Origin: Burkholderiales bacterium
GTDB lineage: Bacteria; Pseudomonadota; Gammaproteobacteria; Burkholderiales; SG8-41
Direction: 5' to 3'
DNA: 58,458 bases
Assembly (NCBI GenBank): GCA_049433545.1
Contig: JBMTEY010000001.1
Span: 1 to 58,458, forward strand
This document shows, in pieces, positions 50,278 to 58,458 of this stretch. The notes below the pieces were generated by a model. That model did not search any database. It was not told the DNA's origin and saw only the letters and a program-made list of their open reading frames with translations. Numbering within the stretch: position 1 is the stretch's first letter; every line of letters starts with the position of its first letter. The position numbers were made by a program, and so were the translations under genes.

Positions 50278-50739
50278 ATGGGCAGCAATGATCTCATCTG
50301 GAAACCCAACGTCACGGTAGCCGCAGTCGTCGAACGCGAAGGGCAATTCCTGCGGGTCGAGGAAGAAACGGCCGCAGGTGTGCGCTACAACCAGCCCGCC
50401 GGCCACCTGGAGCCTGAAGAGTCGCTGCTCGACGCCGTGGTCCGCGAAACCCTTGAGGAAACCGCATGGGGGTTCACGCCGACGGCCCTGATCGGCGTCT
50501 ACCAACACCGGCATCCCGGCGACGACGTAACCTACCTGCGCTTCGCCTTCACCGGCACCCTTGCCGATCACCAGCCGCAACGCCGGTTGGACGACGGCAT
50601 CCTGCGTGCGCTGTGGATGCCGGTCACCGAAGTCCGCGCCTGCAAAAAGCTGCACCGCAGCCCCCTGCTGATGCAATGCGTCGATGACCATCTGGCCGGC
50701 CGGCGTTATCCGCTGGACCTGATCCGGCACCACGCCTGA
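50278..50739 (+). CDS. NUDIX hydrolase
   Basis: Nudix box [28 protein letters not shown] overlap with mnmA. Confidence 0.85.
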   Translation: MGSNDLIWKPNVTVAAVVEREGQFLRVEEETAAGVRYNQPAGHLEPEESLLDAVVRETLEETAWGFTPTALIGVYQHRHPGDDVTYLRFAFTGTLADHQPQRRLDDGILRALWMPVTEVRACKKLHRSPLLMQCVDDHLAGRRYPLDLIRHHA

Positions 50740-51893
50740 TGTCTGCCCGACAGAAAATCGTGGTCGGCATGTCGGGCGGCGTCGACTCCTCCGTCGCCGC
50801 GCTGCTGCTGAAGCAGCAGGGCCATGATGTCATCGGCCTGTTCATGAAAAACTGGGAAGATGACGATACCGACGAGAATTGCACTTCGCGCCAGGACCTG
50901 ATCGACGCCGTCGCGGTGGCCGACCGCATCGGCATCGAGATCGAAGCCGTCAATTTCAGCGCCGAGTACAAGGAACGCGTTTTCAGCGAGTTCCTCAGCG
51001 AATATCGCGCCGGCCGCACGCCCAATCCGGATGTGTTGTGCAATGCCGAAATCAAGTTCCGGGCCTTCCTCGACCATGCGCTGAGCCTCGGCGCCGACCG
51101 CATCGCCACCGGGCACTACGCGCAGGTGCGCGAGCGCGACGGCCTGCACCAGCTGCTGAAGGCCGAGGACGGCACCAAGGACCAGAGTTACTTCCTCTAC
51201 CGCCTGAACCAGCAGCAGCTGGCGAAGACCCTGTTTCCGCTTGGCGCTCTCTACAAGCGTGACGTACGCGACATCGCGCGCCGCGAAGGCCTGCCCAACC
51301 ACGACAAGAAGGATTCGACCGGGATCTGTTTCATCGGTGAACGCCCGTTCCGGGAATTCCTCAACCGTTACCTGCCGGCGAACCCGGGCGACATCGTCAC
51401 GCCAGAGGGGGTCAAGATCGGCAAACACATGGGCCTGATGTTCTACACGCTGGGCCAGCGCCAGGGCCTGGGCATCGGCGGCACGCGCGGCGGCGACGGT
51501 GATGCCTGGTATGTCGCGGACAAGGACATGCGCGGCAACAAGCTGGTCGTGGTGCAGGGACACGACCATCCGCGGCTGCTGTCCGACCAGTTGACCGCGG
51601 TCAATCTGAACTGGATCAGCGGCGAGGCGCCGCGCACGCACTGGGTTTACGGCGCCAAGACGCGTTACCGCCAGCAGGATGCCGCCTGCTCGCTGTCGTC
51701 GGCAAGCGGGGAAAACTGCGTGGTCGAGTTTGCGGAGAACCAGTGGGCGGTGACGCCCGGACAATCGGTGGTGATCTACGAAAGCCGCGTCTGCATCGGC
51801 GGCGGCATCATCAAATCGGCACGCCAGGCGCCGCCTGCCGCGCAGCTGGAAACCGGCTGCCCGCCGGATGCCGTCAGCGGCGGTGCGCGCTAA
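50739..51893 (+). CDS. mnmA: tRNA 2-thiouridine(34) synthase
   Basis: [34 protein letters not shown] (PP-loop) and ...KDQSYFLY... Confidence 0.93.
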   Translation: MSARQKIVVGMSGGVDSSVAALLLKQQGHDVIGLFMKNWEDDDTDENCTSRQDLIDAVAVADRIGIEIEAVNFSAEYKERVFSEFLSEYRAGRTPNPDVLCNAEIKFRAFLDHALSLGADRIATGHYAQVRERDGLHQLLKAEDGTKDQSYFLYRLNQQQLAKTLFPLGALYKRDVRDIARREGLPNHDKKDSTGICFIGERPFREFLNRYLPANPGDIVTPEGVKIGKHMGLMFYTLGQRQGLGIGGTRGGDGDAWYVADKDMRGNKLVVVQGHDHPRLLSDQLTAVNLNWISGEAPRTHWVYGAKTRYRQQDAACSLSSASGENCVVEFAENQWAVTPGQSVVIYESRVCIGGGIIKSARQAPPAAQLETGCPPDAVSGGAR

Positions 51894-52502
51894 TCAGGAC
51901 GGCGCGGTATCGCGGAACGACTGCCGCTGCGCGAGTTTCTCGGCGAGCCGCGCCAGGTTGGGATGGCTGCGCCGCCACGGCTGGTCGGGCAGGCGCAGGT
52001 CGAGGAAACCCAGGCAGCAGCCGACGGCGATGTCCGCCAGCGTGAAAAAATCCCCCGCGCACCACGGCTTCGCAGCCAGTTCGTCGGCCAGCGCCTGCAA
52101 CGCGCGATCGATCTTGCCCTGCTGACGCGCAATCCACTCCAGCGACTGCTGCGATTCGTCGCGGCGCCGTTCCACGAAAATCGCCACGCCCGCATCCGTG
52201 CAGCCGTCGGCCAGCGCCTCCCAGCGCCGCACCTGGATACGCGGGCGTTTTTCTTCGGGGATCAGGCGGTTGCCCGGGCTCGCGTTGTCGATGTATTCGA
52301 CGATCACGCGCGAATCGAACAGCGTGCTTTCATCATCCAGCACCAGTACCGGGATTTTCCCTAGCGGATTCAATTGCGCAACAGTGCTTGAAGGCGTGTT
52401 CGGCGCATCGACGACGAACTCGTGTTCGAGGCGCTTTTCAATCAAGGCAATGCGCGCCTTGCGGGTATAGGGACTCGTCGGCGTCCCGATCAGCTTCATC
52501 AT
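51894..52502 (-). CDS. Glutathione S-transferase family protein
   Basis: MMKLIGTPTSPYTRKARIALIEKRLEHEFV...LNPLGKIPVLVLDDESTLFDSRVIVEYI (GST N-domain). Only the last 202 codons of ORF-track entry 51894-53420 are used. Confidence 0.82.
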   Translation of the reverse strand: MMKLIGTPTSPYTRKARIALIEKRLEHEFVVDAPNTPSSTVAQLNPLGKIPVLVLDDESTLFDSRVIVEYIDNASPGNRLIPEEKRPRIQVRRWEALADGCTDAGVAIFVERRRDESQQSLEWIARQQGKIDRALQALADELAAKPWCAGDFFTLADIAVGCCLGFLDLRLPDQPWRRSHPNLARLAEKLAQRQSFRDTAPS

Positions 52503-52625
52503 GTGGATTGCTTGGAGGATTGCGGAATAAAAAGCGCGCGGATTATAGCACCGCCATCCTTGACGCAAGACGCCACCGAACGTACGCTTGGCGCTCCTCC
52601 CCAACCGCCTGCAAAGAGGTCGCAC

Positions 52626-53396
52626 ATGGGCGCCACCGAACAGTTCGTGCTCTTTACCCAACCCGGGTGAAGTAGCTGTCTCCGGGCGAAAGAGTTTCTT
52701 TCGCGCAAAAAAATCGATTTCGTCGCCATCGACGTGCTGAACGATCCCGCCGGCCGTGAACGCCTGCTCAAATTCGGCGTGCGCAACGTACCGGTGGTTG
52801 CCCGCGGCGACCAGTTCGTGTTCGGACAGAACCTGGAAGACGTCGCCGAGTTCGTCGGCCTCCAGGGCACCGGCCACAAACCGCTGCCGCCTGAAGAACT
52901 GATCCGCAGATGGGTGCTGGTGCTGCGCGCCGCACAGCGTTTCATGCGGCAGATGCCCGACGGCAAACTGAATGAGCTGGTCATCGACAACCGTGACCGC
53001 TCGATCCGGTTGATGGGCCATCATGTGTTCCGCATCGGCGAGGCGTACCTGGAATCGGTCGAAAGCGGCGTGGAATACGCCGTGCAGCTCGCCAATGTGC
53101 CGCCGAAAGACGGCACCTTCACCAGCGGCGATGAAATCGCGCGTTACGGCGACACCGTCATCGCACGCCTCGAGAACTGGTGGAACAAGCTCGAAGACAA
53201 ATCCTGCCAGCAGAAGATCAAGACCTTCTTCGGCATGCAGCCCATCCACATGCTCTACGAACGCTCGACCTGGCACAGCGCGCAGCACGTACGGCAACTC
53301 GCCGCGGTGCTCGAACGCTTCGGCATAACCCCTGACGGAAAACTCACCGCGGAAGATCTGGCCGGTTTGCCTCTGCCCGAGCGGCTTTGGGAATAA
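52626..53396 (+). CDS. Glutaredoxin-like (UxxC) / DinB-superfamily fusion selenoprotein. 256 residues with Sec (UGA) at codon 15 (52668-52670)
   Basis: My translation across the TGA, in the frame of ORF 52734-53396, gives MGATEQFVLFTQPG-U-SSCLRAKEFLSRKKIDFVAIDVLNDPAGRERLLKFGVRNVPVV. This is a Grx fold with U at the first CxxC position. It is followed by a DinB-like His-rich helical domain (GHHVFRIGE...TWHSAQHVRQL). AGAGG RBS. Confidence 0.8.
52668..52704 (+). promoter_or_regulatory. UGA plus candidate SECIS hairpin (Grx-DinB gene)
   Basis: UGA, then 15 nt, then a perfect 7-bp stem GCGAAAG / CUUUCGC with loop AGUUU (52686-52704). Confidence 0.6.
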
Positions 53397-53425
53397 TTGT
53401 TTAAAATCAAATAGTTGCAATAAAT

Positions 53426-53454
53426 TCTACCTCTGCATCTGGGGTGGATTTTTT
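53426..53454 (+). terminator. Rho-independent terminator after the Grx-DinB selenoprotein gene
   Basis: ucuaccuc / ggggugga form an 8-bp stem (two G-U pairs) with a 7-nt loop, followed by TTTTTT. Confidence 0.6.
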
Positions 53455-53480
53455 GCCGCGCGGCAGGCATGCGCTACACT
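53453..53480 (+). promoter_or_regulatory. Candidate promoter for selA-selB
   Basis: TTGCCG (53453-53458), a 16-nt spacer, then TACACT (53475-53480). Confidence 0.35.
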
Positions 53481-53576
53481 GCGTCTTCGTTATTCCAAGC
53501 CGCAATTTTCCGCAGCAAACCCCGCACTGATCTGCAGCCCGATGACTCCGATGCCACGCCGCATGGCCACGCCGCC

Positions 53577-54980
53577 ATGGTGAATCCCGCTGAAGCCGCG
53601 CGTCGCGCGTTGCCTTCGGTCGATCGCCTGCTCGGCAGTAGCGCGGTGGCGGACCTCATCACGACCTACGGCCGTACCCGCGTAACCGCAGTGCTGCGCG
53701 ATGCGCTCGACGCCGAGCGCGCAAGGCTGGCGCACCCTGATGCCGCCGCCTGGAACGAAACCACTTTCCTGAAAACCTATGCCGCACTGCTGCGAGATTC
53801 CGTCGCCCCCTCGCTGAAACCGGTGTTCAACCTCACCGGCACCGTGCTGCACACCAACCTCGGCCGCGCGGTGATGCCGCAGAGCGCCGCCGCCGCGGTG
53901 ATGGCGGCGATGACCAACCCGGTGAACCTCGAATTCGATCTCGCTACCGGTACCCGCGGCGAACGCGACAGCCATGTCGAACGCCGCCTGATCCAGCTCA
54001 CCGGCGGCGAGAAGGCGGTGGCCGTCAACAACAACGCCGCGGCGGTCTATCTCGCTCTGAACACGCTGGCGCTGAAACGCGAAGTGCTGGTGTCGCGCGG
54101 CGAACTGATCGAAATCGGCGGCGCCTTCCGCATCCCCGACATCATGTCACGCGCCGGAGTGAAACTGGTCGAAGTCGGCACCACCAACCGCACCCACCTC
54201 AAGGACTATGCCGAGGCGATCACGCCGCGCACCGCCGCGATCATGAAGGTGCACACCAGCAATTACGTGGTGCAGGGATTCACCGCGGCAGTGCCCGAGC
54301 CGGAACTGGCGAAACTCGCGCATGAACACGATCTGCCGTTCATCGTCGACCTCGGCAGCGGCACGCTGATCGACCTCGAGCACTACGGCCTACCGCACGA
54401 GCCGACGCCGCGCGAAGCACTCGCCAACGGCGCAGACGTCGTCACCTTCAGCGGCGACAAGCTGCTCGGCGGCCCGCAGGCCGGCCTGCTGACCGGTCGC
54501 CGCGACCTGATGGCGCGCATCGCCAAAAACCCGATGAAACGCGCGCTACGCCTCGACAAGCTGACGCTGGCTGCGCTCGACGCCGTGCTGCGGCTCTACC
54601 TGCACCCCGAACGCCTGCATGAGGAACTGCCTGCACTGCGCTGGCTGACACGCACCCCGGAAGACATGGCGGCACAGGCCGCGCGCCTGCAGCCGGCACT
54701 GGCAGCGGCACTGGGGGAACAGTGGAAAGTCGAGACCGTTGACTGCAAATCGCAGATCGGCAGCGGCGCGCTGCCGGTCGACTCGCTGCCGGGCAAGGCC
54801 CTCGCCGTCAGCCCCGCCGTGAAAAAAGGCAACCTCAACAAGCTCGCCGCCGCCTTTCGCGACCTGCCGCTGCCGGTGATCGGCCACATCCGCGACGGCG
54901 CGCTGGTGTTCGACCTGCGCTGCCTGGACCGCGAGGACGAATTTGCGGCGCAACTGCAACAGCTGAAGATCCCGAAATGA
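53577..54980 (+). CDS. selA: L-seryl-tRNA(Sec) selenium transferase
   Basis: LPSVDRLLGS...NLTGTVLHTNLGRA...NNNAAAVYLAL...GGAFRIPDIM...FSGDKLLGGPQAG (PLP Lys). I prefer the start at 53577. The ORF-track ATG at 53469 would lie upstream of the candidate -10 box. Confidence 0.92.
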   Translation: MVNPAEAARRALPSVDRLLGSSAVADLITTYGRTRVTAVLRDALDAERARLAHPDAAAWNETTFLKTYAALLRDSVAPSLKPVFNLTGTVLHTNLGRAVMPQSAAAAVMAAMTNPVNLEFDLATGTRGERDSHVERRLIQLTGGEKAVAVNNNAAAVYLALNTLALKREVLVSRGELIEIGGAFRIPDIMSRAGVKLVEVGTTNRTHLKDYAEAITPRTAAIMKVHTSNYVVQGFTAAVPEPELAKLAHEHDLPFIVDLGSGTLIDLEHYGLPHEPTPREALANGADVVTFSGDKLLGGPQAGLLTGRRDLMARIAKNPMKRALRLDKLTLAALDAVLRLYLHPERLHEELPALRWLTRTPEDMAAQAARLQPALAAALGEQWKVETVDCKSQIGSGALPVDSLPGKALAVSPAVKKGNLNKLAAAFRDLPLPVIGHIRDGALVFDLRCLDREDEFAAQLQQLKIPK

Positions 54981-56995
54981 TCATCGCCACCGCGGGTCAC
55001 ATCGACCACGGCAAGACGCTGCTGGTCAAAACCCTGACCGGCACCGACACCGACCGCCTGCCCGAGGAAAAGGCGCGCGGCATCTCGATCGACCTCGGCT
55101 TCGCCTACCTGCCGCTGGACGGCGGCGGCCTGATCGGTTTTGTCGACGTCCCGGGCCACGAACGCTTCATCCGCAACATGCTCGCCGGCGTGTCGGGCAT
55201 CGATTATGCGCTGCTGGTGGTCGCCGCGGACGACGGCGTAATGCCGCAGACCGTCGAACACCTGCAGATCCTCGACCTGCTGCATATCCGCCGTGGAGCG
55301 GCAGTCATTACAAAAATCGACCGTGTCGATGCCGCGCGCGTCGAGCAGGTCAGCGCCCAGGTGCGTGCACTGCTGGCGCCGACGCGGCTCGCCGATGTCG
55401 CGATCCACCCGGTGTCTGCGGTCAGCGGCGCCGGCATGGCCGAACTGAAGACAGTGCTGCTGCGCGAAGCTGCGGCGCAGAACCAGCGCAGCGCCGAAGG
55501 ACAGCACCTGCGTTACGCCATCGACCGGGCGTTCAGCATCGCCGGCAGCGGCACCGTAGTCACCGGCACGGTGTTCAATGGCAACGTAAGAACCGGCGAC
55601 AAGCTGGTGATTTCACCCGCGGGACGCGAAGTGCGCGTGCGCAGCATCCAGATCCACGGCAAAGCCGCGGACCAGGCGCGCGCCGGCGAACGCTGCGCGC
55701 TGAACCTGACCGGCGCCGACGTCGAATCGGTGCGCCGGGGCGACTGGGTAATGGCTGCGGCGATCCACCGACCGACGCAGAAACTCGACGTGCGGCTGAG
55801 CGTGCTGCAGGCCGAGGCACATCCGCTGAAGCACTGGACGCCGGTGCATCTGCATCTCGCCACCGCCGACGTCACCGCGCGCGTGTCGCTGCGCCGCGGT
55901 GAGGCGCTGGCTCCGGGCAAGGACATCATCGCGCAGCTGGCGCTCGACGAACCGGTATCCGCGCTGCACGGCGACCGTTTCATCCTGCGTGACCAGTCTT
56001 CGACGCGCACCGTCGGCGGCGGCACCATCATTGATCCCGCCCCGCCCGCGGCACGGCGCAGCAAGGCGCGCGACGCCGTGCTCGCCGCGCTGGAGTCCGC
56101 GGACGCCACCAACGCGCTCACCGCGCTGAGCGCCGGCGGCAAACCGGTAGACCTCGCGCACTTTGAAGCGGTCTTCAACCTGCTGCCCGAAGTCGCCGCC
56201 GCGGAATACGCGCGCGCCGACCTCCTGCCGCTGGGCAAGGACCGCCGCATCGCCATCACCGGCACGCGCCTGGCCGCCGTCCACGAAGCCGCCGTCAAAC
56301 AGCTGCGCGCCTTCCACCAGGCGCAGCCACAGGCGACGGGCTTGGAAATCGAAACCCTGCGCGCGACGCTGGCACCTGAACTCGACGGCGACGCCTTCGG
56401 CCATGCGCTGCGCCTGCTCGCCGACAAACGCACGATCGAAATCCACAGTTCGCTCGCGCGTATTCCCGGCCACGACAGCACCGCCAACAGCGCCGATACG
56501 CGGATGTGGGAAACCGTGCAGCCGGTGCTGCTGGCGGCCGGCTTCAATCCGCCGCCGCTGAAGGAACTGGCGCCGCTGCTGAAAATCAAGGATGCGCTGC
56601 TCAAGGATTTTCTGTATCGCCAGACGAAGGCCGGCAATCTCTACCGCGTTGGCGCCGAAAGGTTTTACCTCAAAAACACCATGGCCGTGCTGGCCGCGAC
56701 AGCGCAAGCAGTCTGCGCAAAACAGCCGAGCGGCCAGTTCACCGCGGCACAGTACCGCGACGCCACCGGCATAGGCCGCACGCTGGCGATCGAGATTCTC
56801 GAAACGCTGGACTCACTGACCGTCACCCAGCGCATCGGTGACGCGCGCAAGATGCGCAAGGACTTCGCGCCCATACTCGGCGCCGCCGATCCGGCGCCAC
56901 CGCCACCGCCGGGTGCTGCAGCCAAGGCACAGTCGCAGAAGCCGGCGGCGCACAAACCGCAGCAACGCCCCCCTTTCCGCAACAAACGTTATTGA
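54977..56995 (+). CDS. selB: Selenocysteine-specific translation elongation factor
   Basis: [44 protein letters not shown]...DVPGHERFI...TKID, plus winged-helix C-terminal domains. ATGA overlap with selA. It carries an unusual Pro/Lys/Gln-rich tail of about 40 aa. Confidence 0.93.
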   Translation: MIIATAGHIDHGKTLLVKTLTGTDTDRLPEEKARGISIDLGFAYLPLDGGGLIGFVDVPGHERFIRNMLAGVSGIDYALLVVAADDGVMPQTVEHLQILDLLHIRRGAAVITKIDRVDAARVEQVSAQVRALLAPTRLADVAIHPVSAVSGAGMAELKTVLLREAAAQNQRSAEGQHLRYAIDRAFSIAGSGTVVTGTVFNGNVRTGDKLVISPAGREVRVRSIQIHGKAADQARAGERCALNLTGADVESVRRGDWVMAAAIHRPTQKLDVRLSVLQAEAHPLKHWTPVHLHLATADVTARVSLRRGEALAPGKDIIAQLALDEPVSALHGDRFILRDQSSTRTVGGGTIIDPAPPAARRSKARDAVLAALESADATNALTALSAGGKPVDLAHFEAVFNLLPEVAAAEYARADLLPLGKDRRIAITGTRLAAVHEAAVKQLRAFHQAQPQATGLEIETLRATLAPELDGDAFGHALRLLADKRTIEIHSSLARIPGHDSTANSADTRMWETVQPVLLAAGFNPPPLKELAPLLKIKDALLKDFLYRQTKAGNLYRVGAERFYLKNTMAVLAATAQAVCAKQPSGQFTAAQYRDATGIGRTLAIEILETLDSLTVTQRIGDARKMRKDFAPILGAADPAPPPPPGAAAKAQSQKPAAHKPQQRPPFRNKRY

Positions 56996-57005
56996 AAGAG
57001 CAATC

Positions 57006-57914
57006 ATGGCTACTACCGCATTTGACGTCATAGTCATCGGCGAAGGCATCGCCGGACTCACCGCCGCCGGCAAGCTGGCCGCGCAAGGCATCAGCACCGC
57101 CACCTTTGAAGAACAACTCTTCGGCGGTCTCGTGCTCAATGTGAATGAACTCGATCCGGCGCCCGCCGGCGGAGAAGCCGGCGGCGCCGCCTTCGCCTCC
57201 GAACTGACCCAGGCCAACGCCGATGCCGGCGTCACCAGCATCCAGGAACCGGTGACCGCGATCGCCGCCGCCGACGGCGGCTTCACGGTGACCACCGCCG
57301 GCGGCAGCTACCGCGCACGCCAGGTCGTCGTCGCCAGCGGTGCAAAACTGAAAACGCTGGGCGTACCCGGCGAAGCCGATTTCGAAGGCCGCGGCGTGTC
57401 GAAGTGCGCGGACTGCGACGGGCCGATGTTCCAGAACGAAACGGTCGCCGTGGTCGGCGGCGGCGATTCCGCGCTGCAGGAAGCGCTGGTGCTGGCACAG
57501 TACTGCGGCAAGGTGCTGCTGCTCCATCGCGGTACGGCATTCCGCGCGCAGAAACATTTCATAGACCATGTCGCCGCCAACCCGAAAATCGAAGTGCGCT
57601 TCGGCGTCACTGTGGAAGCCGTGCTCGGCGGCAACATGGTGGAAAAGCTGCGCATCCACAACGGCAAAGGCAGCGAGGAAATCCCCTGCGCCGGCCTGTT
57701 CGCCTACATAGGGCTGGATCCCAATGCCTCATTCGTGCCGGACACCGTCAAACGTGACGCCACGGGCCGCCTGGTCACCAGTGACGCCCTGGAAACCGCG
57801 CTGCCCGGACTGTGGGCGGTCGGCGCGGTGCGCAGCGGCTGCGGCGGCAGTCTCGCCGATGCGATGGCCGAGGCAAAACGCGCTGCCGACGGTATCGCGG
57901 CGCGCCTGAAATAA
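57006..57914 (+). CDS. Thioredoxin-reductase-like NAD(P)/FAD-dependent oxidoreductase
   Basis: DVIVIGEGIAGLTAA (FAD), the redox-active CADC in GVSKCADCDGPMF, and VAVVGGGDSALQEAL (NADPH). It begins 10 nt after selB. Confidence 0.85.
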   Translation: MATTAFDVIVIGEGIAGLTAAGKLAAQGISTATFEEQLFGGLVLNVNELDPAPAGGEAGGAAFASELTQANADAGVTSIQEPVTAIAAADGGFTVTTAGGSYRARQVVVASGAKLKTLGVPGEADFEGRGVSKCADCDGPMFQNETVAVVGGGDSALQEALVLAQYCGKVLLLHRGTAFRAQKHFIDHVAANPKIEVRFGVTVEAVLGGNMVEKLRIHNGKGSEEIPCAGLFAYIGLDPNASFVPDTVKRDATGRLVTSDALETALPGLWAVGAVRSGCGGSLADAMAEAKRAADGIAARLK

Positions 57915-57915
57915 A

Positions 57916-58458
57916 TCAGGGCTTGCGCACCGCGCAGGCCATCAGCCGTTCCCAGCCTTCGCGACCAAGCCGGCGCAGCGTCTCGATGTTGTCCCGGTAA
58001 ATGCGTTCGGTGTCGGGATGCGCGACGACGGCGCGCTCGACGCTTGATTCACGCAGCAGGTGCAGCGTCGGATACGGCGAACGATTTGTGCAATTGGTAA
58101 TGTCGTCGGTTTCGGTATCGGCAAACTGGTACTGCGGATGGAAACTCGCCACCTGCAGCACGCCTTCCAGCCCGAGGTCGGCGACCAGAGCGTCGGCGAC
58201 CTCGAGGAAATCGTTGAAGTCGAGAAAATCAGCCATCACCTGCGGATGGATCAGCAGCGTGGTTTCGGTCTGCTGTTCGTCGGCAGCAGCCAGCACCTGC
58301 AATTCATCCGCCAGTACCTGCAACAGCGCTTCCGGCGTGGTCGCGTCGCTGACCGCGTAGCGGATGCGGTCAGCGGCGTATACTGCGCCCGCGAACGGGC
58401 ACAGGTTGAGGCCGATCACCGCCTTCTCCAGCCAGTTGCGGGTCGCGGCAATCACTTC
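57916..58458 (-). CDS. DUF1415-domain protein (N-terminus probably just beyond the window end)
   Basis: WLEKAVIGLNLCPFA...VASFHPQYQF...NCTNRSPYPTLHLLRE is the DUF1415 pattern. The frame is open to the window edge. Confidence 0.75.
   Translation of the reverse strand, partial: EVIAATRNWLEKAVIGLNLCPFAGAVYAADRIRYAVSDATTPEALLQVLADELQVLAAADEQQTETTLLIHPQVMADFLDFNDFLEVADALVADLGLEGVLQVASFHPQYQFADTETDDITNCTNRSPYPTLHLLRESSVERAVVAHPDTERIYRDNIETLRRLGREGWERLMACAVRKP

Noticed and set aside
52503-53420. Upstream 300-codon extension of the GST ORF (ORF-track entry 51894-53420)
   Set aside because: It is antisense to the Grx-DinB gene and has no GST similarity. The GST N-domain starts at MMKLIGTP (52502).
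53469-53576. Alternative selA start at ATG 53469
   Set aside because: The added 36 residues (MRYTASSLFQAAIFRSKPRTDLQPDD...) have no SelA counterpart as far as I recall. The ATG also lies upstream of the candidate -10 box (53475-53480). I kept 53577, but with uncertainty.

Overview
Visibly GC-rich proteobacterial chromosome segment, probably from a betaproteobacterial sulfur oxidiser (inferred from gene content and synteny). I call about 60 protein genes. I found no rRNA, tRNA, CRISPR array, transposase or integrase. The backbone is housekeeping and sulfur metabolism: ileS-ribF; cobA-DUF934-cysI divergent from a cysB-like regulator; a PhnCDE-type ABC transporter; murJ; rpsT; argD-argF-argG-ppnP; yajQ; rhodanese-chrA; ribBA; xseB-ispA-dxs-folE; a Rieske oxygenase; sseA; fccAB; clpSA; cspA; aceB; rluE; nudix-mnmA. 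The main theme is selenium. selA-selB are present at 53.6-57.0 kb. Three genes that the ORF track splits into two pieces are each one continuous frame interrupted by a single in-frame TGA. In each case the TGA sits at a redox-motif Cys position and is followed 11-15 nt later by a 7-bp hairpin, so I read them as selenoproteins: a GrdB/PrdB-like protein (25795-27024), an AhpD/CMD-like protein (27053-27667), and a glutaredoxin-like/DinB fusion (52626-53396). The first two form one arm of a divergent 13-gene locus (25.8-38.1 kb). The other arm encodes an ArsS/TIGR04167-like radical SAM/Cys-rich enzyme, an SSS transporter, a degenerate phosphoesterase, a TVP38-FAD disulfide reductase fusion, DUF547, two transferases and DUF3047. 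No arsenite methyltransferase is present in the window. I consider this locus the best candidate for an uncharacterised organo-selenium or organo-arsenic small-molecule system. Other items worth a second look: a 374-nt structured leader with an intrinsic terminator upstream of the PhnD-like transporter; a well-insulated 458-aa orphan protein gene next to aceB; and a relic of the argF 3' end next to an 82-nt multi-hairpin element. All family names come from reading the translations and from memory. No searches were run.
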